A DNA stretch of 62,906 nt, the filler included, from Folioceros fuciformis (taxonomy: Eukaryota), in assembly GCA_049999805.1 (NCBI GenBank). It is 4 parts of 4 records of this genome, joined end to end, with 100 filler letters (N's around TTAATTAATTAA, not from the genome) between each part and the next. Parts side by side here need not be neighbours in the genome. Positions count along the whole stretch, not along the records: positions 21,380 to 52,458 come from JBNGIO010006289.1; positions 52,559 to 60,414 come from JBNGIO010006302.1; 2 more parts are not named here. One strand, written 5' to 3'. This document shows positions 48,800 to 60,513 of the stretch, in pieces; position 1 is the stretch's first letter, and every line of letters starts with the position of its first letter. The translations under genes and the position numbers were made by a program. Under the pieces are notes generated by a model that had not been told where the DNA came from, did no database searches, and saw only the letters and a list, made by a program, of their open reading frames with translations.

Positions 48800-51700
48800 G
48801 AGACCTCCACCTACTTTCTTGCAAAGGGGTCCTTCCTCCAACAATAGGAATTGTTGATTTTTGTGACAGAAGTTAAGAAAGCTCTCCTTTACATGCTAAA
48901 TGGGAAAAGCTACTTTTCGTCGCAAAAATTAAGCAAGCTTTCCTTTACATGCTGAATGGCAAAAGCATAGGTCTAAAAGGCACCGCCAAAGAGTTGGTTT
49001 TAGGGTATGGGACTTCCTATGCGAACCACTACTATCCACAATAGCAAATATTGCAACAAGAGGTATCATGGGAAACATGGTTGATTGTGAAGGAAAGCAT
49101 GAGTACTTTTCTCCTCAAACTTAATGTTGTTGACTCCATCCTTGATTTCTACCGCATAAATCTTCTTAATATGCCCTACATACTTATCACCCAAACATTA
49201 GCCAACTTGATTTTATCAAAGATGCATGACTAGATAGAGAAAGGCTGACGTGGCTTCATCAAATGCAGGTACATATTGGATAGATTGTTGTTGATAAGAG
49301 AGGTAAAATGGTGGATCTCACATTATCATATGTCAATTGTTCTCATATCCTAAAACTTTGAAGAGGCTTACAATACAATTAACTAGTGTTTTCTTTCTCA
49401 TTGCTTACACAAGTTTGGCTTTGGTCTTGAAATCATTTCTTAAGATGTTGGTGCCTATGCTGCTATCCACATGGAACTTATTACTTAGTTTCCTATCAAG
49501 AGGTCACTACAATAGGGCTACCTACTTCCTCCCACCCTTTTCACTATTATTACTGGCTTTGTTATATGGAAAGGTAATTGTTTGATAGTAATTGCAGTAG
49601 TTATCTCATCTGGTAGTAATTACAAGGAGCTACGTATTTCTTACTAAGAAGATGACACACTGTGCTTAGAAGCATAGTGTGTCTAGCAGAAGAGAATCTC
49701 TTCTACCAATTATAGATCATTGTAAGGCATGCATCATGCTATGTGGATGTTTGGTGAACACTTAGGGGGTAAGGTTAATTAGAAAAAATTAAACATGGTT
49801 TGCTTGAATGTTAGGAAGGATGTTCCCACGTCAGTACATCACATTGATTGCACGTAAGGTGATTAATTTTACAAGCATATTGGGATCCCTCTCTAGGACA
49901 GGCTATAGGAGGGGGACGAAAATGCAACCATTGGTAATTATATTTTTGCTAAGTTTATTCGAAATACCAAGGCTATGCAAGTGCTTTAACTTAGTTTGCC
50001 TGCAAACATTATAGTCATTAATCACATACTTACATGTACTTACATAAGTATTCTCCCTTGCAAGACGGGCATACTTTCATCCCCCTTGCTCTTGAGACTC
50101 ATGGAGCTATGGGCAAGGACTTTTCAAGGTTTATCAAGGAGTGCGCCAAGGTTTATCCGAGCAATAGGAATGGTGTTCTCCCTCTTTCGTCTGTGGTGGC
50201 CTTCTTTCGACAACGTGTATCTATTGCTTTGCAACGAGCATTGGCCAATGCAGTTTTTAGAACAGCATCAAGTGCAGGTCAAGCGGCTTCTTCGGCATTG
50301 GTGGTAGGTAGGCCTTTTGTTATTCCACATCATGACATTTTGGGAGCAGTAGGTAGTTTTTGAAAATGATATTCGCAGGGGAGAGTACCTCTTTTTGCCT
50401 TTGGCCCTAATGGGGTTGTTCCTCCAATCTTTGGAATAGATGGGACTTTCCATCTCTTTTTCAATCATAAAAATATTGTCGTTCCTTACATGACACCTTT
50501 CAAGCGTGACATGGACAAGTTTTGAACTCTTATTCTGCAATTATCGTGGAGTTGTTCTAATGATGAAGCTTGTTAACTATATAAGATAGTATGAAACATC
50601 CTTATTTGATATCAAATAAGGATGAAAATATTTTTATCAATGAAAATATGAATTGGTTGATCCATTTCTGAAGACGTTTCATGAAGACGCGCATGTAAAG
50701 TCTATACATGCAAAATAGATAATTAAGGTTATTGGACCCACTCATTTTTCATGGAAAAAGTTTTTTTTTCTTCACAAGCTACAATTTGTGCAAGCCTTTG
50801 TCCAATGGGTGCCCAATACTTGCAAGTTAACATACATATCTTTTCTCAATTAGCTAAGCTAGCAGCCTATGTATGGGGCTCTCTTTTCTCTATTAGCTAA
50901 CCTAGTAGCCTATGTATGGGGGCTCTTTACTCTAGAACTCCATCCAAGCTAGTTTTTGGAGGGTGCTCAAGTTATGTTGTGGGAATCCCTAGACTCTAAA
51001 GTGGAGGCTTTGGCCCTTCGTGTCCAAGTTTGATGTGGTCATACAGGGTGTTGTACGACCTTACCTACTTAATTTTGCCATACGTCAAAATCTAGGCCTA
51101 AATACCATGTCATCCTAGAATGGCATGCTATCATTTCTTTAGCCAATCTTTGGGACGACTCTCGTAACCCATGGAAATCAAAGTAGATTATCCACATTCA
51201 GTTTTAGGTTTTGTCAAGGTGTGCATGGTGTGCACGATTAATTCTACAAATTATTACACAAGATCTAAATGATAATATCCTCTCCACTTTGCACACCTTG
51301 GAACACATACAAGATGGAAGATTCTATATAGTAAACCTACTTTGTCAACACTCCATGTTCCTAGTATCCAATTAAACAACAAATAACACTTGTTTGTTTG
51401 ACTAGTTTGTCTTGGATAGAGCTAGCTACTTAATGTTGATTCAAAGATGTATATAGTTCTAAGGCTTTGGGCTCACTGAAGTCATGATTCCTATTCAGAC
51501 ATCAAGAGTCTACGCTTTGGCTTTCGTTAAATAAGCTCTTATGCATGTAGCACAAATGGGGTGGCTTATGCTTATGGTAGGAGAGGTTTGCATCTTTAGT
51601 TAGTAGGGTGCACCTTTGTTAGTGAAGGTGGTTGCATTTGTAGAAAGGTCTTGCAATTGGTGCACCGAGGAACTCTTTCTTCAATGCCACCACCTCCAGA

Positions 51701-51950
51701 CTTTAAAGACGATTGGCAATTGATTCTTCGCCTCCTTTTTATAAGATAATTGCCTTCAAATTCCTTGTCTAGGCCTCCCTACATTCTAAAATTCTCAAGT
51801 TCTTATGGAAAAATCTAGGCATCACGCAATGACAAAGGTGTCCATGTTGAGACCTGCTTTGTCCAAGTCAAATAAGTGGAATAGCTTCTTTGAAGATATG
51901 ATACATTTATTTTGTACTTTATGTGACTCTTAATATACTAGTGAGCATAT
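48800..51950 (+). mobile_element. Highly degenerate L1-like LINE ORF2 relic
   Basis: EVKKALLYMLNGKS, RGFIKCRYILD, FEEAYNTIN, RSLQ*GYLLPPTLF, Y*EDDTL and later zf-RVT-like remnants; interrupted by a CRE-like fragment. Confidence 0.65.
50034..50470 (+). mobile_element. 5'-truncated CRE-like non-LTR fragment (RLE end + 3'UTR)
   Basis: HTFIPLALETHGAMGKDFSRFIKEC...FFRQRVSIALQRALANAVF; nucleotide homology to the reverse complement of 33580-34270. Confidence 0.8.
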
Positions 51951-52558
51951 CTTCTACAGATATCCTATGGCTCTAAGGGTCAAGGTCAAGTACAGCAAGG
52001 TGTGCGTAAAGGGTGTATCACAGTCATAGAAATAGGGTTCTTCTTCTTACCTCAGTTTCTACATCTTGTTCTCACATCTAGTTTTACATGTTATTGCGAA
52101 CATGGTACTTTCTACATCTAGTTTGTGCTATCGAATCTATACAAACCTCAAGGCAATTGCATGAAGGTGAGAATATCAACTTCAATTTGATAAATTTAGA
52201 TAAATAGAGCTTATCTTCTCTCTGCAATGTTTATAGCAAGGGCATATATTTGTAGCAAGCACTCATACAAAGCTCTAGACCTAAAGGATGAGTCGAGAAC
52301 ATGAAGGTGAGAATATCAACCTCAAGTTGACAAATTCAAATCAACATAACTCCTCTTCTTTCTACAATATTTGCGACAAGGATATATTTTGTATGTTTGC
52401 TTATCACGATACGATTATACTTGAGCAATCAATGTGCGGTAGCCAAAGCTACTCTTCTNNNNNNNNNNNNNNNNNNNNNNNNNNNNNNNNNNNNNNNNNN
52501 NNTTAATTAATTAANNNNNNNNNNNNNNNNNNNNNNNNNNNNNNNNNNNNNNNNNNNN

Positions 52559-55500
52559 TGTAGGAGAGGAGAGGAGAGAAGAGAGGGTGGTATTGGTGAT
52601 CACAACCATGAAAACAATACACATCACCACTGTCTTACTATGGAGGTCCGAGGTCTCCATTTAAGTAGTACATTTAGGGCTACACAACTTCCAGGTTCAA
52701 TATGGGATAATCTACACTATCCTAAGTTCACTAATAACTAGAACTAGTCTAGTATGATCCCAACTGGGATAACTAACACCACATGAGTTTAGCTCATATA
52801 GAGCTCGATAACTCAACACTCCCCCTCGAGCTCAACATAGCATCTGTACGCCTAACATAGCTCGGAATTTCTTCAGCTTCTCTGCTCCCATTGGCTTAGT
52901 AAATATATCGGCTATATGCTCGTCTGTGTTGACATACACAAGATCAATAGCTCCAGATAAAATCCTTTCGCGAAGAAAATGATAATGTATTTCAATGTGT
53001 TTTGTCCTAGCATGAAACACTGGGTTTCGCGCCAACTGTATGCTGCTAAGATTGTCNNNNNNNNNNNNNNNNNNNNNNNNNNNNNNNNNNNNNNNNNNNN
53101 NNNNNNNNNNNNNNNNNNNNNNNNNNNNNNNNNNNNNNNNNNNNNNNNNNNNNNNNAGAAAATGATAATGTATTTCAATGTGTTTTGTCCTGGCATGAAA
53201 CACTGGGTTTCGTGCCAACTGTATGCTGCTAAGATTGTCACAGTAGATAACAACCTTGTCGTTGACCTGCAATCCAAAATCTCCGAGTAACTTACAAATC
53301 CAAGTCACTTCACACGCTGCCATTGCTGCGCCTCTGTATTCAGCTTTTGTACTAGACAAAGCCACTGTAGGCTGCTTCTTGCTACTCCATGTAATTGCTG
53401 CACTCCCAAGTGAAAAAGTGAATCCACTTGTAGATCTACGATCAGTAACACTGCCTGCCCAATCTGCATCTGTGTATCCACACAGGTTTATTTCTAAATC
53501 TGCAACATAGAAGAGAGCATGATCCATAGTTGCCTTCACATAGCGCAACGTTCGCCTTTCTGCATCCAAATGTGGCTTTCTTGGCGCCTGCATAAACTGA
53601 CTTTGCAATCCCACTGTATAGTTCAAATCTGGTCGGGATAGAGTGAGATATATCAAGCTACCCACAATCTTCCTGTACATTGTTGGATCTTCAAGTGCTT
53701 CACCATCATGAGCACTGAGCTTTAGATTTTGATCCAAAGGAATCGAGATTGGCTTGCACTCAACCATACCATACTTAGTTAGTACATCCGACGCATACTT
53801 CCGTTGTGACAGCCAAATGCCTGTGTTGGTTCGTATAATTTCAATGCCCAAAAAGAACCTCAGTTCACCTAGGTCCGCCATCTTGAACTCTTGTTGTAGA
53901 AGTTCCTTGATCTGCTCCACTTGATCCAACTGATTACCTCCAATGATTAGATCATCCACATAAATGGTCACAAAGACCAGTCGTTTTGTACTTTTGCACA
54001 CATACAACGAATGATCCGCATCTGCCATGTTGAATCCGATGTGAATCAGATGCTGAGCAAGACGCTCATGCCAAGCCCTCGGGGCTTGCTTCAGTCCGTA
54101 CAACGTTTTTTTCAGCTTGCACACATGATTTGGATGATCCAAATCCTCATAACCTGGTGGCTGGTCCATGTATACTTCTTCCAGCAATTCTCCATGTAAA
54201 AATGCATTCTTCACATCCATATGATGTAGGATCCAACCTTTCGATGCCGCTAGTGCGATCACGGTTCGAATTGTTGCCATTTGGGCAGCTGGACTGAACG
54301 TCTCCTCAAAATCTATTCCATATGTCTGGGCATATCCCTTGGCCACAAGCCTTGCCTTGTACCTGTTGATACTACCATCTGCGTTGTGTTTGACCTTGTA
54401 CACCCATTTGCAACCTATTGGTTTCTTGCCTTCAGGTAGTTGTACTAGGTCCCATGTTGCATTCTGATTTAACGCATTCATTTCTTCATCCATAGCATGT
54501 TCCCACTTTGTGTCTCCAATAGCTTCTTCAAAGCTTCTTGGTTCCACATCCTGTACAACCTTTGCCATATAGGCATGGTGCCTAGCTACATAGCTATCAT
54601 AGGTCAACCGCTGTATTGGAACCTTCTGCCTTCCAGATCTCCGTGGGATTGAACCACTTCCAGGGGCTGATTGAACCTCTTTTGCACCAGGTGTTTCGAT
54701 TTTCGGTACACCGAATTCCTCATCCAAGCTCTGCTCAGAGTCGCTTGAATCATCCGCACCTGCACTTAGGTCTGGTATCTTTGAATCCTGGACTTTTTCC
54801 TTCCCTTTGCGAGACACAGCTGTGGAGCTCGTAGGACTCACACTACCTTGCAACCTGCCACTCCATGGATTCTGAACAGTTGTCGAGTTTGATGACGCTT
54901 GCGGTCCACTCAACACTTGTGATTGTTGACCTGCATTGCTTGTTACCTCAGTTTCAAGCACATCAGCTACACTACTTCCTTGTACTTCAAAGTACCAGCT
55001 ACCCATTTCATCAAAGACTACGTCTCTGCTTACTCTCATAGTCCGTGTACTGGGATTGTAACACCTGTATCCTTTCTGTGTAACAGAATACCCAATGAAG
55101 ACACACTTTTCTGCTTTTGGATCAAGCTTAGTCCGCAACTCATCCGGAATATGGACATAAGCAATGCAACCAAATACCTTTAAGTGTGACAAGTCAGGTT
55201 TCTTCCCTGTGAACTTCTCCTCCGGTGTTACACTGTGCACCGCTGCTGTGGGAGTTCTGTTCATGATGTACACTGCTGTGCTTACAGCTTCAGCCCAATA
55301 GTAGTGAGGCATCTTCTTCTCTGTCATCAATGCTCTCGCCACTTCTGCTATGTACCTGTTCTTGCGCTCTGCAACTCCATTTTGTTGTGGCGTATAACGA
55401 CATGAGTACTGCCGTTGAATGCCCTGTTCTGATAAGAATTTGCTGAACTCTCTGGAGAAGTACTCTCCCCCTCCATCAGATCTTATGCATTTGATGTGCC

Positions 55501-58151
55501 TACCTGTCTGCTTCTCAACCATCGCCTTGAAAGTATGAAAATGAGTGATCACTTCACTTTTTTCTTTCATGAAATAGACCCACACCTTCCTTGTGTGGTC
55601 GTCAATGAAGGTCACATAGTACTTGCAACCTCCGATTGATGCAGTCTGTGTAGGACCCCATACATCTGAATGCACAACATCCAACACATATCTGCTGACA
55701 TGTTTGTCATGGGGGAACGCATTCCTAGGCTGTTTCCCAAGTTGACATGCTTCACATATACCTTGCAGTCCATTTTCTGTAAGCTTGGGTATGCCTGTGA
55801 CAACCTTCTGATGCTGCATGGACTTCAACTTCTGCACATTTACATGTCCAATGCGTTTGTGCCACATCTCTAGGTCTGTCACTACCCTTGTACCCTTCGC
55901 AAACATGGCTGACTTCAGCTTAGGAACCTCCACGTTCAAGGTGAACATCCATCCAACCTTTTGTCCTTGAGCAATCAGGCGACCGCCTTTCTTGCACTCT
56001 TCAACAAAGAGTCCTGCAGGTGTAAATCTAACCTGCAGTCCTTGCTCAACCATCTGCCCAACTGACACCAAGTTCTTTGTGATGTTGGGTATGTGAAGAA
56101 CATCTACCAGGCACTTCACTTTGCCATCCTGCATCTTCAGAGGTACAGTTCCTGTATGCACAATTGCATGTGTTGTGTCATCTCCAGTTTCTACATATCC
56201 AAGTTTGTCAAGCACTTGCATTTCTTTGAACCACTCCCCATGGCATGTCATGTGGTTCGAAGCTCCTGAGTCCACATACCACACAATCTCACCATTGTTG
56301 GATCCATTAGCAGACACAGAGTTAAGCATATGCTGCATGACAAACAAGTTTTCTGAGTCATTCTGACTGCTGCTAGAGGCATAATTGTTCTGCTGCCTCC
56401 TGTTGCCTTGATTTCTCCTTGGACAGTCTCTTTCGAAGTGGTCTAACCTACCACAAGTCCAGCAACCACTATTGTCTGCATTTGCATCATTTTGTTGTTG
56501 ATTTCCACGTCCTCTTTGACTCCCCCAGCCTCGAGAATTTTCTCCTCTTCCACGTGTACTCTTGTACTGGGACTCCTGATTCTGTTGTTGATTTTGGTAG
56601 GGATTCCGACCTCTACCACCTCTTTGCCCTCTGCCACCTTGGGCTCTACCTCTGCCTCTGCCAGAGTAGAAGGCTTGCTCAGAGTTTTCCTTAGGCTTGG
56701 AGGATGATTCCTCGCCTAGGTTTTTCTCCTCTATGATCAACATAGAAATCAGGTATGAGAAATTGGGAATGTTTTCCCGAGTCTGTATGGAAGTCTTGAA
56801 CTGCTTGTAGGCAGGTGTTAACCCGCGCAAGCAAACTTCGACCTTGTCATCATCTTCCACACTGACACCAATGGACGCAAGGGATTCCACTATCCCTTTG
56901 ATCTTTAATGCGTACTCATTGATTGATAAGTTCTTCTTCATAACTGTGTTGAAGTCATTCTTCAACTGCAGTTTTCTCACCTTCGTGTTAGTCTCATAGA
57001 GTTTTACCAACTCATCCCATGCTTCTTTGGGCGACTCTGCATCCTGTATGTGCCCAATCATGGTGTCATGAATGCTGATTGACTTCCGAGATCCTTGACT
57101 CCAATCCTTCAGCGCCTTAATCTGCTCCGCTGTTGCATTCCGTTCAAGTACTACAGGGGGTTTTTCATGCTCCCCCTCAATGTAGTCCCAATAACCCTTT
57201 CCCATAAGAAAGTTTGTAAAACGAAACTTCCAGGCATGGAAGTTGTTTTTGTCCAGCTTCTCCTGTACGATCTGGTTAATACTGTCACTGGCCATTCTTG
57301 CCACCACTCAAGGTTGACACTCAATCCTTTCTTGAGTACTCACACTTGATAAATGTCTGAAAGAACCAGACTGCTTCTGACTGGAGTTTTACTCACAAGA
57401 CCTTAAGTCTCTTCTTCCTAAGAGCAATCTGGTGCGGAATCACGCTGCCTTGCGTGAACCAGATTGTCTCATGCTCCGTGTCCTTACAGACTCTTGACTG
57501 TCTGCCCACAAAGCTCCCGTGAGATTTCCTGTCAATTCCTTCCCTGCTGCCAAGCTAGGGTTAGCACACTTTCTTGCAGCTGCTGAGGCTATTGCAGCTG
57601 TTGCCTCCACTTGTCAGCCCTTCCACAGAGCTCTGGGGATCAACAGCTAGTCCAGTAAGCTGACAGGGCCTTGTCGCCCTTCTCCTCACTTCCTGCACAC
57701 ACCGATATGAGAGTTAGCTGCCGGGACACTTGCTGCCGATCTCCCTCCAAGCTGCTCCAACTTCTCGTAGCTGCTCTAGCTTCTGGTGTGCACTCTTGCT
57801 GCCTCTTGCAGCACCTCCTACGCCGATCTTGCACCGCCTGCACCGGGCTCTGATACCATGTCAATAGGATCGACTCCAGTCTACGTGCAAGTGTAGGAGA
57901 GGAGAGGAGAGAAGAGAGGGTGGTATTGGTGATCACAACCATGAAAACAATACACATCACCACTGTCTTACTATGGAGGTCCGAGGTCTCCATTTAAGTA
58001 GTACATTTAGGGCTACACAACTTCCAGGTTCAATATGGGATAATCTACACTATCCTAAGTTCACTAATAACTAGAACTAGTCTAGTATGAACCCAACTGG
58101 GATAACTAACACCACATGAGTTTAGCTCATATAGAGCTCGATAACTCAACA
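52559..58151 (-). mobile_element. Near-intact, recent Ty1/copia LTR retrotransposon
   Basis: LTRs at 57859-58151 (TG...CA) and 52559-52818 (edge lost in gap). PBS TGGTATCAGAGC at 57858-57847 and PPT at 52827-52819. Confidence 0.97.
52832..57295 (-). CDS. Copia Gag-Pol polyprotein (Gag-CCHC, PR, IN, RT, RH)
   Basis: Single ORF with CWTCGRLDHFERDC, WYVDSGASNHM, WHKRIGH..CEAC, SDGGGEY, QNGVAERKNR, YVDDL and ADIFTK. The N-gap with duplicated flanks at 53057-53155 is likely an artefact. Confidence 0.93.
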   Translation of the reverse strand: MASDSINQIVQEKLDKNNFHAWKFRFTNFLMGKGYWDYIEGEHEKPPVVLERNATAEQIKALKDWSQGSRKSISIHDTMIGHIQDAESPKEAWDELVKLYETNTKVRKLQLKNDFNTVMKKNLSINEYALKIKGIVESLASIGVSVEDDDKVEVCLRGLTPAYKQFKTSIQTRENIPNFSYLISMLIIEEKNLGEESSSKPKENSEQAFYSGRGRGRAQGGRGQRGGRGRNPYQNQQQNQESQYKSTRGRGENSRGWGSQRGRGNQQQNDANADNSGCWTCGRLDHFERDCPRRNQGNRRQQNNYASSSSQNDSENLFVMQHMLNSVSANGSNNGEIVWYVDSGASNHMTCHGEWFKEMQVLDKLGYVETGDDTTHAIVHTGTVPLKMQDGKVKCLVDVLHIPNITKNLVSVGQMVEQGLQVRFTPAGLFVEECKKGGRLIAQGQKVGWMFTLNVEVPKLKSAMFAKGTRVVTDLEMWHKRIGHVNVQKLKSMQHQKVVTGIPKLTENGLQGICEACQLGKQPRNAFPHDKHVSRYVLDVVHSDVWGPTQTASIGGCKYYVTFIDDHTRKVWVYFMKEKSEVITHFHTFKAMVEKQTGRHIKCIRSDGGGEYFSREFSKFLSEQGIQRQYSCRYTPQQNGVAERKNRYIAEVARALMTEKKMPHYYWAEAVSTAVYIMNRTPTAAVHSVTPEEKFTGKKPDLSHLKVFGCIAYVHIPDELRTKLDPKAEKCVFIGYSVTQKGYRCYNPSTRTMRVSRDVVFDEMGSWYFEVQGSSVADVLETEVTSNAGQQSQVLSGPQASSNSTTVQNPWSGRLQGSVSPTSSTAVSRKGKEKVQDSKIPDLSAGADDSSDSEQSLDEEFGVPKIETPGAKEVQSAPGSGSIPRRSGRQKVPIQRLTYDSYVARHHAYMAKVVQDVEPRSFEEAIGDTKWEHAMDEEMNALNQNATWDLVQLPEGKKPIGCKWVYKVKHNADGSINRYKARLVAKGYAQTYGIDFEETFSPAAQMATIRTVIALAASKGWILHHMDVKNAFLHGELLEEVYMDQPPGYEDLDHPNHVCKLKKTLYGLKQAPRAWHERLAQHLIHIGFNMADADHSLYVCKSTKRLVFVTIYVDDLIIGGNQLDQVEQIKELLQQEFKMADLGELRFFLGIEIIRTNTGIWLSQRKYASDVLTKYGMVECKPISIPLDQNLKLSAHDGEALEDPTMYRKIVGSLIYLTLSRPDLNYTVGLQSQFMQAPRKPHLDAERRTLRYVKATMDHALFYVADLEINLCGYTDADWAGSVTDRRSTSGFTFSLGSAAITWSSKKQPTVALSSTKAEYRGAAMAACEVTWICKLLGDFGLQVNDKVVIYCDNLSSIQLARNPVFHARTKHIEIHYHFXXXXXXXXXXXXXXXXXXXXXXXXXXXXXXXXXXDNLSSIQLARNPVFHARTKHIEIHYHFLRERILSGAIDLVYVNTDEHIADIFTKPMGAEKLKKFRAMLGVQMLC

Positions 58152-58559
58152 AATGAGCAAGGTGGCCCTTGTACAAACAACATACCATGACGACTTGAGT
58201 GTGGCTGAGAGGGACTCTTATACTGCAGCCATACGCTAGAGCCACCAAAGTAGGCAGAAAGGGTAACTAGAGCCACAAGGCCACGTAGGGTAATCAATGA
58301 TTATGGGCTAGGAAGGAAGATAGGGTTTAAATGATGCCACCTACTGAAAGCTGAAAATGTGTGCCAAAACCCAAATGTTGTCATAGGGGAAAAACTCTTT
58401 AAAAACCCAAGTCTCTACAAAGAAATGTTTTGTGTTGTTGCCTTTAAGCATAAGTAGCCTTGTTTGTGTCTCAATGAGAGCGATCTTGCTAGCCACAAAC
58501 CCTCTGTGGTGTCTAGTAGCTTGCAGTCAACCACGACAACCCCAACACTTGGGTGCGTG

Positions 58560-60414
58560 CTATCAAATTTACGCACACCCTCGAGGCTCATCTTGGGTCA
58601 ATTTGTCGTGGAGTATCTGGGCTCAGCCAAAGCTTATCCAAGGGCCCTTGCCATCGTTGCATCCATGATCCCTGTGGAGGCAAAACCCCGGGCACTGATT
58701 GCCAACGAGTTCCACCTTTAGTGGCCACACTTATCCCACTGTCGTTGAGACATTGGGTTTCGTTCCCACAAAGGAGCAATGGGGTTCCTTGCTGCTGTGG
58801 ATGGAGGGTCGGACTAGATCGACTCGATGATGGATTCGAGGGCTCCCCTCCAGCTCCGATCAGGCGTAGGACAGGCCTCGCTGTCCGGCGGTCAGCTGCA
58901 CCTCTCTCGGTGCCCACAAACTCACTCCAGTCACTACAACGACCCTAACCTCTTAGATCTGCGACTTCCCTCACTCACTCTCTCACTCCAGCACCAACAC
59001 CAGCAACTAACAATGACACCACTACCTTCTACACTTCCCTACTGACTTCTCCTACCCGGCAAGAGTCACTAGACTAACCCCAAAGAAAAGAAAGAAGGGA
59101 ACACACTCCCCTCTCGGGTATGCCCCCTCTCCAGACCCTATTGCAATTGATTCCTTCGTAGAGAACATGGACTGGTAATGGGTAAATGCTTTAGAGTGTC
59201 GTGAGGCATACGTTGAAAAAGCAATCTACCTACGCTCAGCCTCCTAGTGCACTTGCTCCAAGGTATACTTGTCCCCATACTTGTCCACCAATGTTGTGAT
59301 GAGCTGAAAGTGAAACAGTGGGTCTCCCTCTAGGGCTGTTAGAAACTTCCCCTCTACTTCTTGATCGGTCAGCATTCTTGTTTCTTCCCTCAACTTCTGA
59401 AGCCTCCTGAAACACATCTGGACTGTCTCCCCCTTCTAGCGAGCAAAAGCAGCAAGTTCTGCAAATTTCTTTGGGGTCTTCAACGGGAATGCCTTCTCCA
59501 GTATGTCCAAGAAATCCTGCACAGGGTTGGTGAGCTTGGGGGTGTGAATGTACTCATCCATCCCTAGTGTGGCCGTCACCCTCTCAGCTGGAGTGAGGTA
59601 GGTGACTGATGGTGGCTGAATAGTAGGAGCAATCATGCCTGCAGCAATAGCCGCCTAATGGGTTGTAACCCTTCCGCTGCCAACTTGGCATTGTAAGCCA
59701 TTTGAAGCGCGCTCTGATAAATCAGATTGGGTGTGGCCACAGTTGAACTAAGCTCTACTCGATGCAGCTCATAGAGGTCCAATGCCTCAAATGCCATGTA
59801 ATTTGACAACTGCTCAAACATATACTGATGGTTGTACGCAGTGCCATGCTTGAATTTTACACGACTAATGACAGAATTGATGTGCAGCTTGAAGTCTTGC
59901 AGCATTTGCGTCCTAGGTTTGCCAGAAAACCTCTCTTGCTTGTAGGGTGCTCCTCCCTCCATGGATCCATTATCTGACTCCTCATAGAGGTCTATTTGGC
60001 CTTGAGCTCCTACTCTAGCAGTAGGAATAGTAGGACAACTAAGCACCCCGCCCTGACTTCCCACATGTGTTGTTGGAATAGCAAGGGCTGCCCAGTTTGC
60101 AAAAGGAGACCAGCTTCCTACCTGCGGTTGACCTTCAGCACCCAGTTCAGCTTGGTCTACTTGACCTTCCTCCTCCCAAGATGGATGTTGCCGACACATT
60201 GTTCTCCTCCTCCTTGCTCGTCCTTGCACAAGTATAACCCTGGTAGGGACGTCTCTAGATCTCAGACGATATTGTGGGCTCCCCTCAGCCTCCTCGGGTT
60301 GCATAACCCATGCGGTAATTCACTCACACAAAACGCCCAATCACCAGCAAGAGGTGGCATGCAAGAACACATGTTAGAGAACCCTAGATGCCTTCCCAAC
60401 ATAAAATAGAAAGC
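58560..60414 (-). mobile_element. Degenerate gypsy-like gag region with possible LTR edge
   Basis: Frameshifted gag-like ORFs (ERFSGKP..LQDFK..EALDLYE; DFLDILEKAFP) and a TGG-initiated PBS-like site at ~60311. No pol motifs were seen. Confidence 0.5.
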
Positions 60415-60513
60415 NNNNNNNNNNNNNNNNNNNNNNNNNNNNNNNNNNNNNNNNNNNNTTAATTAATTAANNNNNNNNNNNNNNNNNNNNNNNNNNNNNN
60501 NNNNNNNNNNNNN

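Noticed and set aside
52975-53240. Apparent duplication of the copia RNaseH segment
   Set aside because: The two copies flank an N-gap; most likely unmerged contig overlap.
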